DNA of 64,000 bases. Origin: Okamejei kenojei. Its lineage: Eukaryota. Below are positions 50,930 through 62,681 of the stretch, one piece after another. A program made the position numbers and the translations under genes. The DNA lies in NCBI GenBank assembly GCA_035221665.1, contig CM069152.1, positions 37,758,001 through 37,822,000 of the forward strand. The letters are read 5' to 3'. Numbering within the stretch: the stretch's first letter is position 1; every line of letters starts with the position of its first letter. The notes beneath the pieces were generated by a model. It searched no databases, was not told the DNA's origin, and saw only the letters and a list, made by a program, of their open reading frames with translations.

Positions 50930-52137
50930 GCAGGAAGATAGTTTGCTGCCCCGGCTCTTTAAAGCTGAGCATACAGCACTCGTTTAAAAAACAATGAGGC
51001 TTTATATCTATTGCCTTGATTCACTGGACATTTCAAGCCTAGATGTAATGATGAAATTGTTCTTAACTCTCACAGTGCAGGTGAAAAAATTAACAAGAGT
51101 TTAAAATCATGTAATTTGTTAGTTTGGATTTTGTCATAATATTTGTGCAATTGCCTCAATGTTCAGAATGTAATTTACCAAAGTCTTTTTAAAACTAACT
51201 TCTTCACCTCTTGCTGGAGAACTTGACTTCATCCTTGCTCTTCAAGTAAACATGATTCGACCTACCTTTGTCTGTTTTTTTCTGATTTATTTTATAATTC
51301 TGGCCTTTTCAAAGGGAGGAGTTGGGTTGATAACTGCGCCAGGAATTCTCTGGGTGTGCCTTGCACACCACATTACAATTGGGTGTTGAGACCAGTCTAA
51401 CTACTTTGTTGAACTCTTTGATACTAGAATTTCAAGTATGCACTAAATGCATCCTTTAATAACAGGGAATGAAACACTGCTGACTATTATCAATAAACTG
51501 TATTCAGAATTGAAAGAACAAAACAATAATTGTGTAAAAACTCTTCATACATTCTCTAGACATTCACTAGCATCATACTCACAGTAGTGCTTGCTCTATC
51601 TTTGAAGCAAACACTGTTGCCATTCTTGTGGCTCCCATTGGCCAGTTTGACTAACATAGTCAATACTCAATAGAAACACAGATTAGAGTGAAATGATGCC
51701 ACACAGCTAGTGAGAGTTTACTGCCAAACCTCTATTGTTCTGATAGAGTGAAGGGCACAGCAAATGGCATTAAGCAATAATAATCACCCGGAGGTAACGA
51801 TGCCAGATTGCAATTTATGCAAATTGTCCATCACACTTCCTATGTTGCAGCAGTGAACACAGGAAGAGGAACATCATTGCTTGTGATGTGTTTTGAGCTG
51901 ATCTTTGAACGATGTGGAAGGTTGACTCTCAGTTATCTAGGGTTAAAGAAGGAGAAGGGTACACAAAATGCAGATGAAACTCAGCGGGTACAGCAGCATC
52001 TATGGAGTGAAGGAGATAGGCAACGTTTCGGGCTGAAACCCTTCTTCAGTAAAGAAGGAGAATGCCTGCATGGGTCGTTCAAGGGAGCCAGGTGTACCTA
52101 GCAACAGCTAATCATGGTGACTTAAGGTACCACCCAC
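50930..52137 (+). repeat. Intronic duplication, copy 2
   Basis: Paralog of 41001-43040; carries its own Penelope-derived insert (about 51957-52049, TSD TAAAGAAGGAGAA). Confidence 0.9.
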
Positions 52138-52151
52138 TTTTATAATATAAA

Positions 52152-54820
52152 CTAGACCAAGTGCGAACCTGTTGGGTCCTGTTCCCCGAACTCAATGTTC
52201 CACCACTCACCCATAGCCCCCAACTGCGCAGGCGTGGCTGATGGGTTCCCGTTGTGGCACAAGTCATGGCAACCCTCCCCAACTGTGCCTCGCCATCCCT
52301 CTTCCTACCCCTATCTTCCTCCATTCCCCTTCGCCCCCTCCCTCTTCTTTCCCCTCTCCTCCTCCCCTCCCCCACTCATTCCCTCACCTTTCCCTCTCCT
52401 TTCCCCTACCCTCAGTCATTCCCTCCTTCCATAACTCCTCTCCCTCCCTACCAACCTCCTCTCCCTCTATCTACCTGCTCCCCCACTCCTCACCTCCCAC
52501 TATCTCACTCCCCCTCTCTCCCTCCTCTCCTCCCCCACTGCCCCTCCTCTCCCTCTATTCCCCACTTCCTACCTCCCTCACCCCTCCTCTCCCTCTATCC
52601 CCCCCCCTCCTCCCCACTCTCCCTCTTCACCTCCTCCACTTTCCCCTCCACCACTCCTCCCCCTCCATACCCCTGCTCCCCCACTCCTCACCTCCCCTAT
52701 ATCCGCCCCACAATGAAAATCACATTTAAAAAAAAATGAAACCTCCCCCTATTTCTCCCCCCCCAATGAAAATATGAAAATCGCGATTTAAAAAATTTAA
52801 ATGAAACTCCCCCAATCCGACCTCCCCACAATGAAAACTGTGTTTTTTTCTTTAAAATAACCTAATCACAATGTTAGCTGTTAATGTAAAAGGGTAGAAT
52901 TTGAATAAAACAGATTTTTTTTTTGAATGAGATTCGGGATCCCATTGTGACGTCATGGTTTAAAAAGTGTTTTTTGTAAAGTTTAAAATGTCAACAACTT
53001 GTAAAATATAACATCAATCCAAATAAAACTTGCTTCTTTTACATCCCAGGACAATGGTGAGGTGGGCCAAAAATTGTAGCGCCACCATATACCATTTTGG
53101 CGGGGTTTTGGAATATCGCGCACATGCACGCACACATACATACAAACCAGGCACGTGCCGTGAATAATTACTCAGGGTAGGCAGTCAGCCGGCTTTAAAA
53201 AAAATCTTAAACCGCGCATGCGCATATTGTTCTTTTCATAAAAAATAAGTAACAATTCAATTTTCCCAAGGCTTCTCAATCTCCTTCATTTTTTAATTAC
53301 TGAATGGGTGGGGGACGGAGGATGAAGGCATGTGGAGAGATGGTGGGAAAAATGGGAGCACACCGGGACGTTGAACCAGTTGTCATCTTATTGAATGACA
53401 ATACTAATTCAAGGGTCCATTTGGAGGGAGAGTTCCTTTCACAGCGTGTGGAGAGTCTGTGCCAGGGGTTAAAGATGCGGGGAATCAAAGTCAAAGTATC
53501 CTTTATTGTCATTCAGACCTTTCGGTCTGAACAAAACTTAATTGCGTTCAGGAGTGGGCGGGGGGGGGGGGGGGGGGGGGGGGGCAGGAGTGGCATTGAG
53601 GGCAGGAGTGTTGAGAAGGAGGGGGTCAGAGATCATATCAGAAAACTCACTCACCGCTGCCGCAGCGCTCCGGGCACGGACAGCAGAACTGGCCGCCACT
53701 TCCGGGGATAGAAGCAGCTCGGGTGCTAGCGGCCGCCGGAACCCGACAGCAGAACCGGCTGCCACTTCAGCGCCTTCTGCCGGCCCGCTCACCTCTGGCA
53801 GTGCTCTTTGTCTGAACATCTCTCACCTGCCGCTCGCCAGCTTCACTCATGTCAACCGCGTCCCGCAAATCCTTAAATTCTCACAGCCAAGTAACCTCAA
53901 CTGGTCCCGTGAGCGTGCTGTCGGAATGTAAAGATTTGCGGGAAGCCGGCCGGCGAGCGGCAGGTGAGAGATGTTCAGACGGAGAGCACAGCCAGAGGTG
54001 AGTGGGGACCAGCTGAAGTGGCAGCCGGCTCTGCTGTTGGGTCCCAGCGGCCGCACAAAGTCAGTCACCTGAGCTGCTTCCTTCCTCGGAAGTGGCGGCC
54101 AGTTCTGCTGTCCGTGCCCGGAGCGCTGCAGCAGCCACCCAAGCTAACCACTCCCCGGCCACAATAAAACCATATAGCAATGACAGCACGGAAACAGGCC
54201 ATCTCGGCCCTTTTAGTCCGTGCCGAACACTTACTCTCACCTAGTCCCATCTACCTGCATTCAGACCGGAGCGTGGCAAGTGGGTTACTGACCCCAATCC
54301 CCTCCTTCACAACGCTAGACTCCCCAAACACTGTGAACAGAGCTCTTCCCCCACACAGGGAAATACAGTATTTATAAAAATTAAGCACCAAGAAATGCAC
54401 TTACCACGTTATTGGTACATTAAGTTCATTCTTCACTCTTTGTTTCCTGAGATACTATTAAAATAATGGCAATCCATATTTGAAAATCCCGCTAAGAAAC
54501 TCGTGCTGGGCATGCGCAGTGCTGCAAAGGCAGAATTTCTGCTGCCTTCAGCTCCCCTTGAAACTGACGGCTCAGGCAGCGCTGACGGCACGTGGGCTGC
54601 ACAGACCTTCCCATGTTACAAGCGCTGTGGATGAAAGGCATGGAGAATTATGCCTACCTAGATCGATCTCTTAGGTAGGCATAATTCTCCCATGCCTTTA
54701 CTATTTATATGTAATAATTGCCATTTCATAATTTTAGTCAGGGTAGGCAGTGCCTACCTTGCCTACCCTGACGGCACGTGCCTGATACAAACAAACAAGA
54801 TGAGAGTTTTAGTAATATAT
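52152..54820 (-). mobile_element. Non-autonomous Helitron with CT-rich tandem body and nested hAT element; a second tandem copy starts at about 54821-55085
   Basis: 3' end hairpin plus CTAG|T at 52152; 5' end TATATTACTAAAACTCTCATC at about 54820; 54890-55065 repeats 52190-52330. Confidence 0.7.
53148..54784. mobile_element. hAT-type non-autonomous transposon (1637 bp) nested in the Helitron
   Basis: TIR CAGGCACGTGCCGT / ACGGCACGTGCCTG; 8-bp TSD ATACAAAC at 53140-53147 and 54785-54792. Confidence 0.88.
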
Positions 54821-57619
54821 GGAAGATGGACCAAACGCGGACTGGCTGAATTGACCTTTTGGGTCCCTGTCACATGGGAGGGCTGGTCCCCGAATGTAAT
54901 ACTCTACCACTCACCCATAGCCTCCAACTGCGCAGGCGTGGCTGACGCGTTTCTGTTGTGATGCCAGAGATCTCCGTTGTGACGCGAGTCACGGCAACCC
55001 TCCCTCCCCAAGTGCGCCTCGCCATCCGTCTTCCTACCGCTATTCTCCTCCATTCCCCCTCATCCCCAGCACTTCCTCCCCTCCTCTATACCATGAGAAG
55101 GAGGGGTGGTGGTGTCGGCAGTAAGCAAAGGTCCGAAGGTCGGACAGCTGGTCGGGCTGCCGACCAACCCGGCCACAGGCGAGGAGCTGCTGCTGCACTA
55201 CGTCGGGACGGGTGAGGCAGCACTCCGATCTAACAGTCCCCTCGACCCAAGTAGTAGCAGTCAAATATGGGACAAGGGCTGTCCTGTAAGGGACACACCA
55301 ATTTTGCCCAAAATACCAGATGTCCCGGCTAATACGGGACAGTTGGTAACCCTACCCACAATGCCGGTGCTGAGCGTGATGCTAAGACTAACAATTACCA
55401 GCCTGAACATAATGCCTATTCCTCCATTCCCTGAATATCCATGCACCTGGCGGCGCATTCCAGGACCTGCATTCATTTTGGATTTGATGAAATTATGGAA
55501 TTATCCGCTTAAAATGATTTGAGTAGCCTTATTCAAAGTAAACAGTTATCAACAAACCTAAAGAAAAATAAAATGTATGATAGGCAAGCTCAGTCATTGT
55601 GTTTGGGCGATTCTAAGGCAGGTTTAAATGCCTGAAGATTATAAGTGGCAGACAGAGGGAAATGAGGAGCTGCGTGGTTCAAAGAGAATGAAAAGATAGA
55701 TTGAGGATTGCTTCCCTGATTAATTTGTCCTTCTATGCCTGGAGTGTGGTTTCCCTAGTGTACCTAAGAGCTTCAACATTTCAAACCCAGACATATTGAT
55801 AATACAATAATCCCACATACAGTTTGCTTCTGTTGCTGCTCTGCAAGGGTTGGGTGAGTGCAGTGTTGAATCCATCATCAGTGTTTGATCATTTACAGGG
55901 AATATATAGAGGAATCCTTAATGTTAGCCATCAGCAGCTGTATATCCACTGGGATTTGATCACAGAACATGCAGCAAACCATGTTTAGTTTACCAGCCTA
56001 TTAGAAAGTCAAATAACTTTATTGAAGAACAGGTAACTTCTTACTATTTATATCTTTACTATTACTACTTATTACTGTTATTATTTATTATAATATTATA
56101 TTAATAATTTATTATTATTATTACATATATTATTAGTATTATGTTATTTATAAAATGTTATTTTTATTATTACTTATTCCTACATATAAATAGGTTTGGT
56201 ACTAGCATCTTAAAAATGTTGTAAATCTGAACTATGTTTTAACAATTTTTTTCCAAATCCCAGTCGTCCAAGGTATAATATTGTTGTCCAATACATCACA
56301 AATTATTCTGCTTGTTACACAGCATTGGTGCCTTAGCTTAATGGCCCTCATGACCCTTCTGTGAACACAGCATCCAAAATGTTTAATTTGCTGCAGCTAG
56401 ACAAATGACTTATACTCTACAGATATGACAATAAATCCCACGCCATTTGCTTTTATTGCTGCTCTTCAAAGATCGGGTGTGGCCAGTGTAGAATCTATCA
56501 GCGCCGTCTGATTCATCCCTTGAAAAACACGATCAGCAAAGTACAATGTTTAAACTGTAGAACAAAAGATTGTATGCCCTTGTAATTGCCTTCCAGAAAT
56601 CTCTGCGTTCTTTGTCGCTCTCTTGCTTTCCACCTCCTACTATTCACTGTTTAGTACAATGGAGGAAGCCACTCTTTTGTAGACAGTTTTAAACATGGAG
56701 GAATCTAGAGTGTTCTAGTTGTCGTTAGAAGACATACTGAGGCTAAATACTCGGATAGATAGTAAAGGGTAAAGTTACAGTGAGTGGTAGCTGTTGACCA
56801 GTCTACGAAAAACACGATGAAACTTTGAAGTATTGAAATATCCAAAAGCAGGTTCGAATAAAATTGGCACAAATATCCAACAAAAGAAGCCATGGATCAG
56901 TGAGGAACATTCACACCCTATTTCTCATCCTGCTCAATAGTCCTCCAGTCTAATTCAGATTGAATCGCTCAGATTGTTGCCTCAACTTTGCCAAGGATGC
57001 AGCTGTATTTTCCACCTGCACCACTTGTTTAGACTTTGCAACCTTTCCAAAACTTTCTCTGCGGTTGAAATCCAACGACCAGCCGAGATTGAATTACTGA
57101 TCAAATGTTTTAGTTGGCTGCGCTCAAATTTTACCCAGAAATTTCTGATTTCATTTAAACATTTTGGACACCTGCGATGCGGGTTCAGTACCAGCACCTT
57201 AAAAACTTCGTAAATCTGAATTGTAGGGTTTTAGACATTTATTCAAATCTCAGTTGTTCAAAAGATGATAATTTTGTCCAACACAACATAAGTTTCTCTG
57301 CCTTGGTTCCAAGTGATACAGGTAATTTGTGAATTCACATTTTGAAGATTTGTTTCAACAATTTTAATTAGTTTGGCAATAAGGCTGAATATCAATGTAA
57401 TTAGTCAGGGAACAATGGATGTGGAATCAGTCAGATTGTGTTTTCAAGACTTTGGACTATGATTCCATAGATTTAGTGCAATAGGGTACACATGGTTTTG
57501 AATCAACTTAGAAGCTCTGGGGCAATACATCAATAAAGCTATTGAGCATGTGGAGTCATTAGTATGGCACATGAAATTGGGAAAGGGCTAGAGTACAGAG
57601 TAAGTAAGTATTTGGAAAA

Positions 57620-57947
57620 GGGTACACAAAAAGCTGGAGAAACTCAGCGGGTGCAGCAGCATCTAAGGAGCGAAGGAGATAGGCGATGTTTCGGGTCGAG
57701 ACCCTTCTTCAGACTCTTGTGAGGATGTGGTCGTAGAGTTGGAGGGAAGGGGGTATCACAGAGGGGGAGCAGTTAGAGAGGAGGTTGTGAAACTGTCTCC
57801 GTAGGGAGGAGGAGAACTTCTTCAAAGTAGGCATACCTTGAGGAGATATCGCAGTGGAGTAGACAAAGTTTTAAAGAAGGAACTGCAGATGCTGGAGAAT
57901 CGAGGGTACACAAAAAGCTGGAGAAACTCAGCGGGTGCAGCAGCATC
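57620..57947 (-). mobile_element. Penelope pseudo-LTR partial tandem
   Basis: Direct repeat GGGTACACAAAAAGCTGGAGAAACTCAGCGGGTGCAGCAGCATCTAA at both ends; 15-bp TSD TAAGTATTTGGAAAA at 57605-57619 and 57948-57962; hammerhead-like core at 57683-57714. Confidence 0.75.
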
Positions 57948-58170
57948 TAAGTATTTGGAAAATATGTGTATTGATCCGTAGAATTGGAGAGAACAAGGCT
58001 ATGGGCACAGAGGTTCATCTGTGTAGAATTCAGATGAGGAAGCGTTCACTAACTAATTGTCAGCAGTCTTTCAGCTTGTTCTCAATACTATCCATAAAAA
58101 TGGACAATAGCGGCCAAGGGCGACATATTCCCCAAGGTTACTAAAAGTGAGGTGAAGGTGCATAGATTGA

Positions 58171-58225
58171 TTATAATCTATAATATATAATCTATAATAT
58201 AATATAATAATCTATAATATAATAT
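58171..58225. repeat. AT-rich minisatellite (ATAATCTATAAT)n
   Basis: Directly visible tandem units. Confidence 0.8.
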
Positions 58226-59099
58226 ATAATCTATAATATAATAATCTTCCACTATAGGGACAAGGGGGACGTAAATGCTTAGAATTCCCCGCTACAGAGG
58301 ATAATGTTTGCTCAGTCATTGTTGTTTTTTCATGGCCGATTGAATGATTTTTGGCTGGTAAGGGAATAGCAACTTTAGGGTTTGGGTGACAAAGCGGACT
58401 AGGAGCAGATGTCATTGAATGGTGCAGGCTCAATGGGAACTATTATCCCTTGTTTCTGATCCTTAATTCCTCACCTTTGTCTGATTATACAAGGGCACAT
58501 AGAGTTTACCACCCAATGGTTAGGAAGCCTGTTATGTTGGTGTTAAGTGCAATTATCCATATAAGACCATTCTTATATTTATTTTATAACTTTCATGAAA
58601 TAAAGAAAATTTGAGAATGAGCTGAGCTTTTGGCTCTGAGTTCTCCAAATTGTATCAAACCTATAATTTCCAAGTTATTTATTAATTGTGGAATTGATTT
58701 TCCTATTTGCTTCCAAATACCTTGCTCATGAGAAGTAATGTGCCAGAATCCTCACTGCAAACTCCACACACATAGCACCGAAAGTCAAGATTGAACCTGG
58801 GTCATTCAATCCATGAAGCAGCAGCTCTAGCAGTTGTGTCACTGTACCACCCTATGTGTGCATCGCCATGTCCTAAAGAAAGATGTAAAGATGGAGAAAG
58901 ATGTCATGAGGTTAAGGGAAGGAAAGCCAAACCATGTTTTATGGTTGAGTGGTGCACGGCGAGCGGTAAAAGAGAAAAAGGTGATCTTCCAAAACATGGC
59001 GATAATATGGAAATGCAGTGTGTGCTAAGCCTTACAAAGTACCCTGAAATCTACTTTTCCCTGTTTAATGGTCTGTTCTGTTCATTTTATTTATTACAG

Positions 59100-59199
59100 A
59101 AAGACACCTTCGAAGCTCTCACAGCTGATCGAGCGCCTACAACAAAATGCAGATATTGTGGAGAAGAATATCTACAAGGTTGAAGAAAGCCTTCTTCAA
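59100..59199 (+). CDS. PPL: Periplakin exon 2 (KTPSKLSQLIERLQQNADIVEKNIYKVEESLLQ)
   Basis: TTATTACAG| acceptor, |GTAAGC donor, 100 nt; aligns to human PPL ELSELIEQLQKNADQVEKNI. Confidence 0.95.
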
Positions 59200-59346
59200 G
59201 TAAGCTTTGAATTAAGTGTGGATGGTAGTTGCTTGAATAACTAATATGCTTCCTCCTAAACCATCCAACGTACTCTTGTGTAGGTGTGTGCAGGTGTGTA
59301 TATGTTTGCAATTAATTTTGTCATCTACTATTTTCACATGGCCTCC

Positions 59347-59347
<1 letters not shown>

Positions 59348-59413
<66 letters not shown>
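59348..59413 (+). repeat. Poly-C homopolymer (66 nt)
   Basis: Direct observation; other G/C runs at about 26171, 28606, 33324 and 53560. Confidence 0.9.
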
Positions 59414-59784
59414 ATTCTCCTAGATCTACTCTCTATCCATAAAATCACTTTTGAAAAAGTCATGGTTCATCACTCATAATTGCAGCATTGTGAGAAGAGG
59501 AGAATTGCTGCACTGGATTCAAAAGAAGTCTCAGCTTTATTCAATCGCTCTTCTTTCCGTTGACCAAGAATGAAATAAAAATCCATAAGGATCTCAAACA
59601 GAATTTTAAGGCTGAAGTTTCAATCTTTCATTTCCTCATCGTGGAAAATTGTGACTCGAGCATCCCAATGAAAAGATATTTGAAAATGTGATTTCCTTCC
59701 TTCTTGTTAAAAGGTTAATGAATGGGATTCTCAAAAATGTGGAAGCTTGAATACATTTTATTTTTGGTTTTCTAATCTTTCTAG

Positions 59785-59939
59785 GATGTCAAGCGTATAG
59801 AGGAAGGGAAAAATGTGATATTCCAAGAGGACACTTCCAAATTGATAGATGATTCAGAACTAATACTAGCGGACCTGCAATCGGATGCAGTGGTAGCCAG
59901 CTCTGAGAGGCACCCACAGTCTGATATGATTACAGAGGA
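59785..59939 (+). CDS. PPL: Periplakin exon 3 (DVKRIEEGKNV...DSELILADLQSDAVVASSERHPQSDMITE-D)
   Basis: TTTCTAG| ... GA|GTAAGT, 155 nt; matches human DLARLQEG...HPQGDMIAED. Confidence 0.95.
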
Positions 59940-60560
59940 GTAAGTGGAACCATTTTTGTACTTTATATCTCAGTGAGTATAAAGGTGAGGGTTAATTGCA
60001 CAAATTCCAGATGTCAAGCTTTGTGCTCTGTGCTCATTTCTCGTCCAACTAAAATGATACAAAATTAAATACCACCTATGAAACACAAAATAGGCCGTTT
60101 AATCCAACTCCATCAGTATGTCCTGTCCCAAACTATCTTGGAGAATATCTATGCTTCTCTCTCGACCTGGTTGAAGAAGATGTCCCTGTAATTCCTTGCA
60201 GGATTTATTTTTTCCAGCTAGTCTATGATTTTATAAGTGTCAGAAACCTCACCCAATCTAATTTTAATGGAAAATTAGCAAATGGTGGACTTTGTTAGAT
60301 GAATGGAGATCTGTTGTGATTCTCTGCTTCCTCAGCCCAGTTACTTTAACATATCCAACAGAGATAAAATTCAGGATTACGTAATGTGATGCTACATCAG
60401 GGCATTAGGCCTTTGGAAGAGTTACGATACCGAGCTGAGTAAAATAGCTCTAATCATTTGAGGAATATTGAATTCCATTTGAACAATAAGGAAAGAACAA
60501 AATATAAAAATACCAAGCATATGGTTACCAAACAAATGAACAATTGAATTTTCTTTTCAG

Positions 60561-60681
60561 TATCAAACAATTGAAAGAGAGGATCAAGAAGCTCAAAATT
60601 GAACATAAGAAGGTGTACAATCTTTCTCGGGTCGATGGAGTTCCTACTATCGACTGGTCCAAAATGATCGACGAGAAGCAG
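60561..60681 (+). CDS. PPL: Periplakin exon 4 (IKQLKERIKKLKIEHKKVYNL...IDWSKMIDEKQ)
   Basis: TTTTCAG| ... CAG|GTATTA, 121 nt; matches human IRQLKERVTNLRGKHKQIY...VNWAALVEEK. Confidence 0.95.
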
Positions 60682-61244
60682 GTATTAGAAAAACTACGTT
60701 GAGAATCATGATAGGCCATGATAGCCCTAATGCTTGCTTGCTCTAGCATTCAATTGGAATGTTATTGATCCTTCATAGTTTAGTTTATTATTGTCATGTG
60801 TCCTGTGATACAGTGAAAAGCTTTTGTTTGCATGCTATCCAGTCAAAGAAAGACCATACGTGATTACAATCAAGCTGGCCACAGTGCATGTTTAGGGATA
60901 AAGGGTCCAACAATTAATGCAAGATAGCATCTGATTAAAGATGGTTCAAAGGTCTCCAAAGAAGTAGATGGAAGGTCAGGACCGCACTCCAGATGAGTAT
61001 CCCGTCGTTGTCAGAGTTGTAGAGAGGTACAGCATGGAAAAGGCCATTCAGCCCTCAGAAACCTTACTGACCATCTAGCATGCATTATTACACTGACACT
61101 TCCCTAATCCATTTTCTTCTTCCCATATTCCCTTCAGCACGTAGACAAATCCAGATTCTACCAATCTATTTGCTAAGAGCCAATTAATTCACCAACTCAC
61201 ACTTCTATGGGTTGTGGGAAGAAATAGACAGAGATAGGGGAGAC

Positions 61245-61565
61245 AGTCAGAATCTTTTTCCCAGGATATAAATATCGAAGACTAGAGGGTATAGCTTTAA
61301 GGTGAAAGGGGCAAAGTTTAAAAGAGATGTATGGGGAAGTTTTTTTACACAGAGGGTGGTACCTGAAATTCTTTGCTGGGGTAGTGTTGCAGGTGGATGG
61401 GATAGTAGTATTTAAGAGGCATTTAGATGAACATGTGGATGTGCAGGCAATGGAGTGGTATGGATCATGCGCAGATAGATGAGATTAGATTCGATTGACA
61501 TCATGTTTGGCACAGATATGGTGAGCAGAATGGGCTATTCCTGTGCTGTACTTTTTATGTTCTAT
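61245..61565 (+). mobile_element. Old CR1 3' end nested in a reverse SINE
   Basis: ACTAGAGGGTATAGCTTTAAGGTGAAAGGGGCAAAGTTTAAA...TTTTTTACACAGAGGGTGGT and tail TTTTATGTTCTATG. Confidence 0.75.
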
Positions 61566-62555
61566 GCAACTAATGTACTGGGGAAACCTGTGTAGTCACA
61601 GGGAGAAAGTGCAAGACCGCATCAGATGTCAGAAATTAGCCAAGGTGTCGGAGATGGGAGCATGTACTTGTCCAATGTTCAACAGAACCTCAGCCTCAAG
61701 TCAACTCGAGGTCTGAGTATCCACCTCTGACCTTCTAATACGGAGAATGCCAGAGATCAGAGGCCTATGATTAAAAATGCCTTTCTTCACCTTAGTTGTA
61801 AGTGACTCATCCCTTATACTGAGACTTTGCCATTTAATTTTAGACTATACTCTCAGCATCCACCCCTACAATCTTACTCTCCAATTTTCCCAATTTCACT
61901 GAGTATACCAGTTCATCTCCCCAGATAAGATGATTCGCTTCCAAGAATCTATCTATTGAACATCTACTAATCTGCCCTTAAGGAATTTACATTTACACTG
62001 ATAATCTTGAATGTCAGTGAATAATTTGAACCCTATCTTAGGAAAGGTTTATCAATGGGAGCAGGGCTGGCTTTTCTCTCACCTCTTCTTCCCACTGTCC
62101 AATAAATCACACAGTCAAGAGCTAGGCATAAAAGCAGCAGAGTGCCTGAGTACTTCAATTTCCTGATCTCCAGTTCAAGAGGTAGATTCTTGGAAGAAAA
62201 TTGTTTTATCAGGAGAGATTAAATGACATTAACTCACTGATACAAAATGCTGGAGTAACTCTGGTGAGAAGGAATGGGTGATGTTTCGGATCGAGACCTT
62301 AAATGTCACCCATTCTTTCTTCTCCTGAGATGCAGCCTGGCCCGCTGAGTTACTCCATCATTACCACCCCACCCACACATCAACTCACTGATATTGGGAA
62401 AATGGAAATGTAAGATTCTGAGGTAGTTTAACAGGGTGGATGCGAAGCGGCTATATCCTCACTCTGGAGAATCAACAATTACATGGCAGAGTCTCCTTGT
62501 TGCTTGTTGCTAAATTCTTCATGTATATTTTTCCTGTGTCTGTTTGTTCCTTTAG

Positions 62556-62681
62556 GCAGAGCTGAACAATCAAGGCTTTGGAAATGAATTACCTTTTGTC
62601 GATCAGCAATTGGAACACCACCAGCTCTTCACCAAAGAGGTTGAAACAATTGGGGATCACATCAAGAAGAATGAGAACCAG
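62556..62681 (+). CDS. PPL: Periplakin exon 5 (AELNNQGFGNELPFVDQQLEHHQLFTKEVETIGDHIKKNENQ)
   Basis: CCTTTAG| ... CAG|GTAAAG, 126 nt; matches human KLNNQSFGTDLPLVDHQVEEHNIFHNEVKAIGPH. Confidence 0.96.

Noticed and set aside
50930-52155. Helitron 3' transduction as the cause of the duplication
   Set aside because: Copy 1 has no adjacent Helitron, so adjacency alone is not enough
52112-52739. Pro/Ser/Leu-rich ORFs
   Set aside because: Translation of a CT-rich low-complexity tract
56250-57250. Decayed transposase or hidden exon
   Set aside because: Looks complex but has no sustained ORF or motif I can identify
58791-59183. Cys-rich 130-aa ORF resembling a zinc finger
   Set aside because: Overlaps PPL exon 2 in a different frame and begins in a SINE remnant
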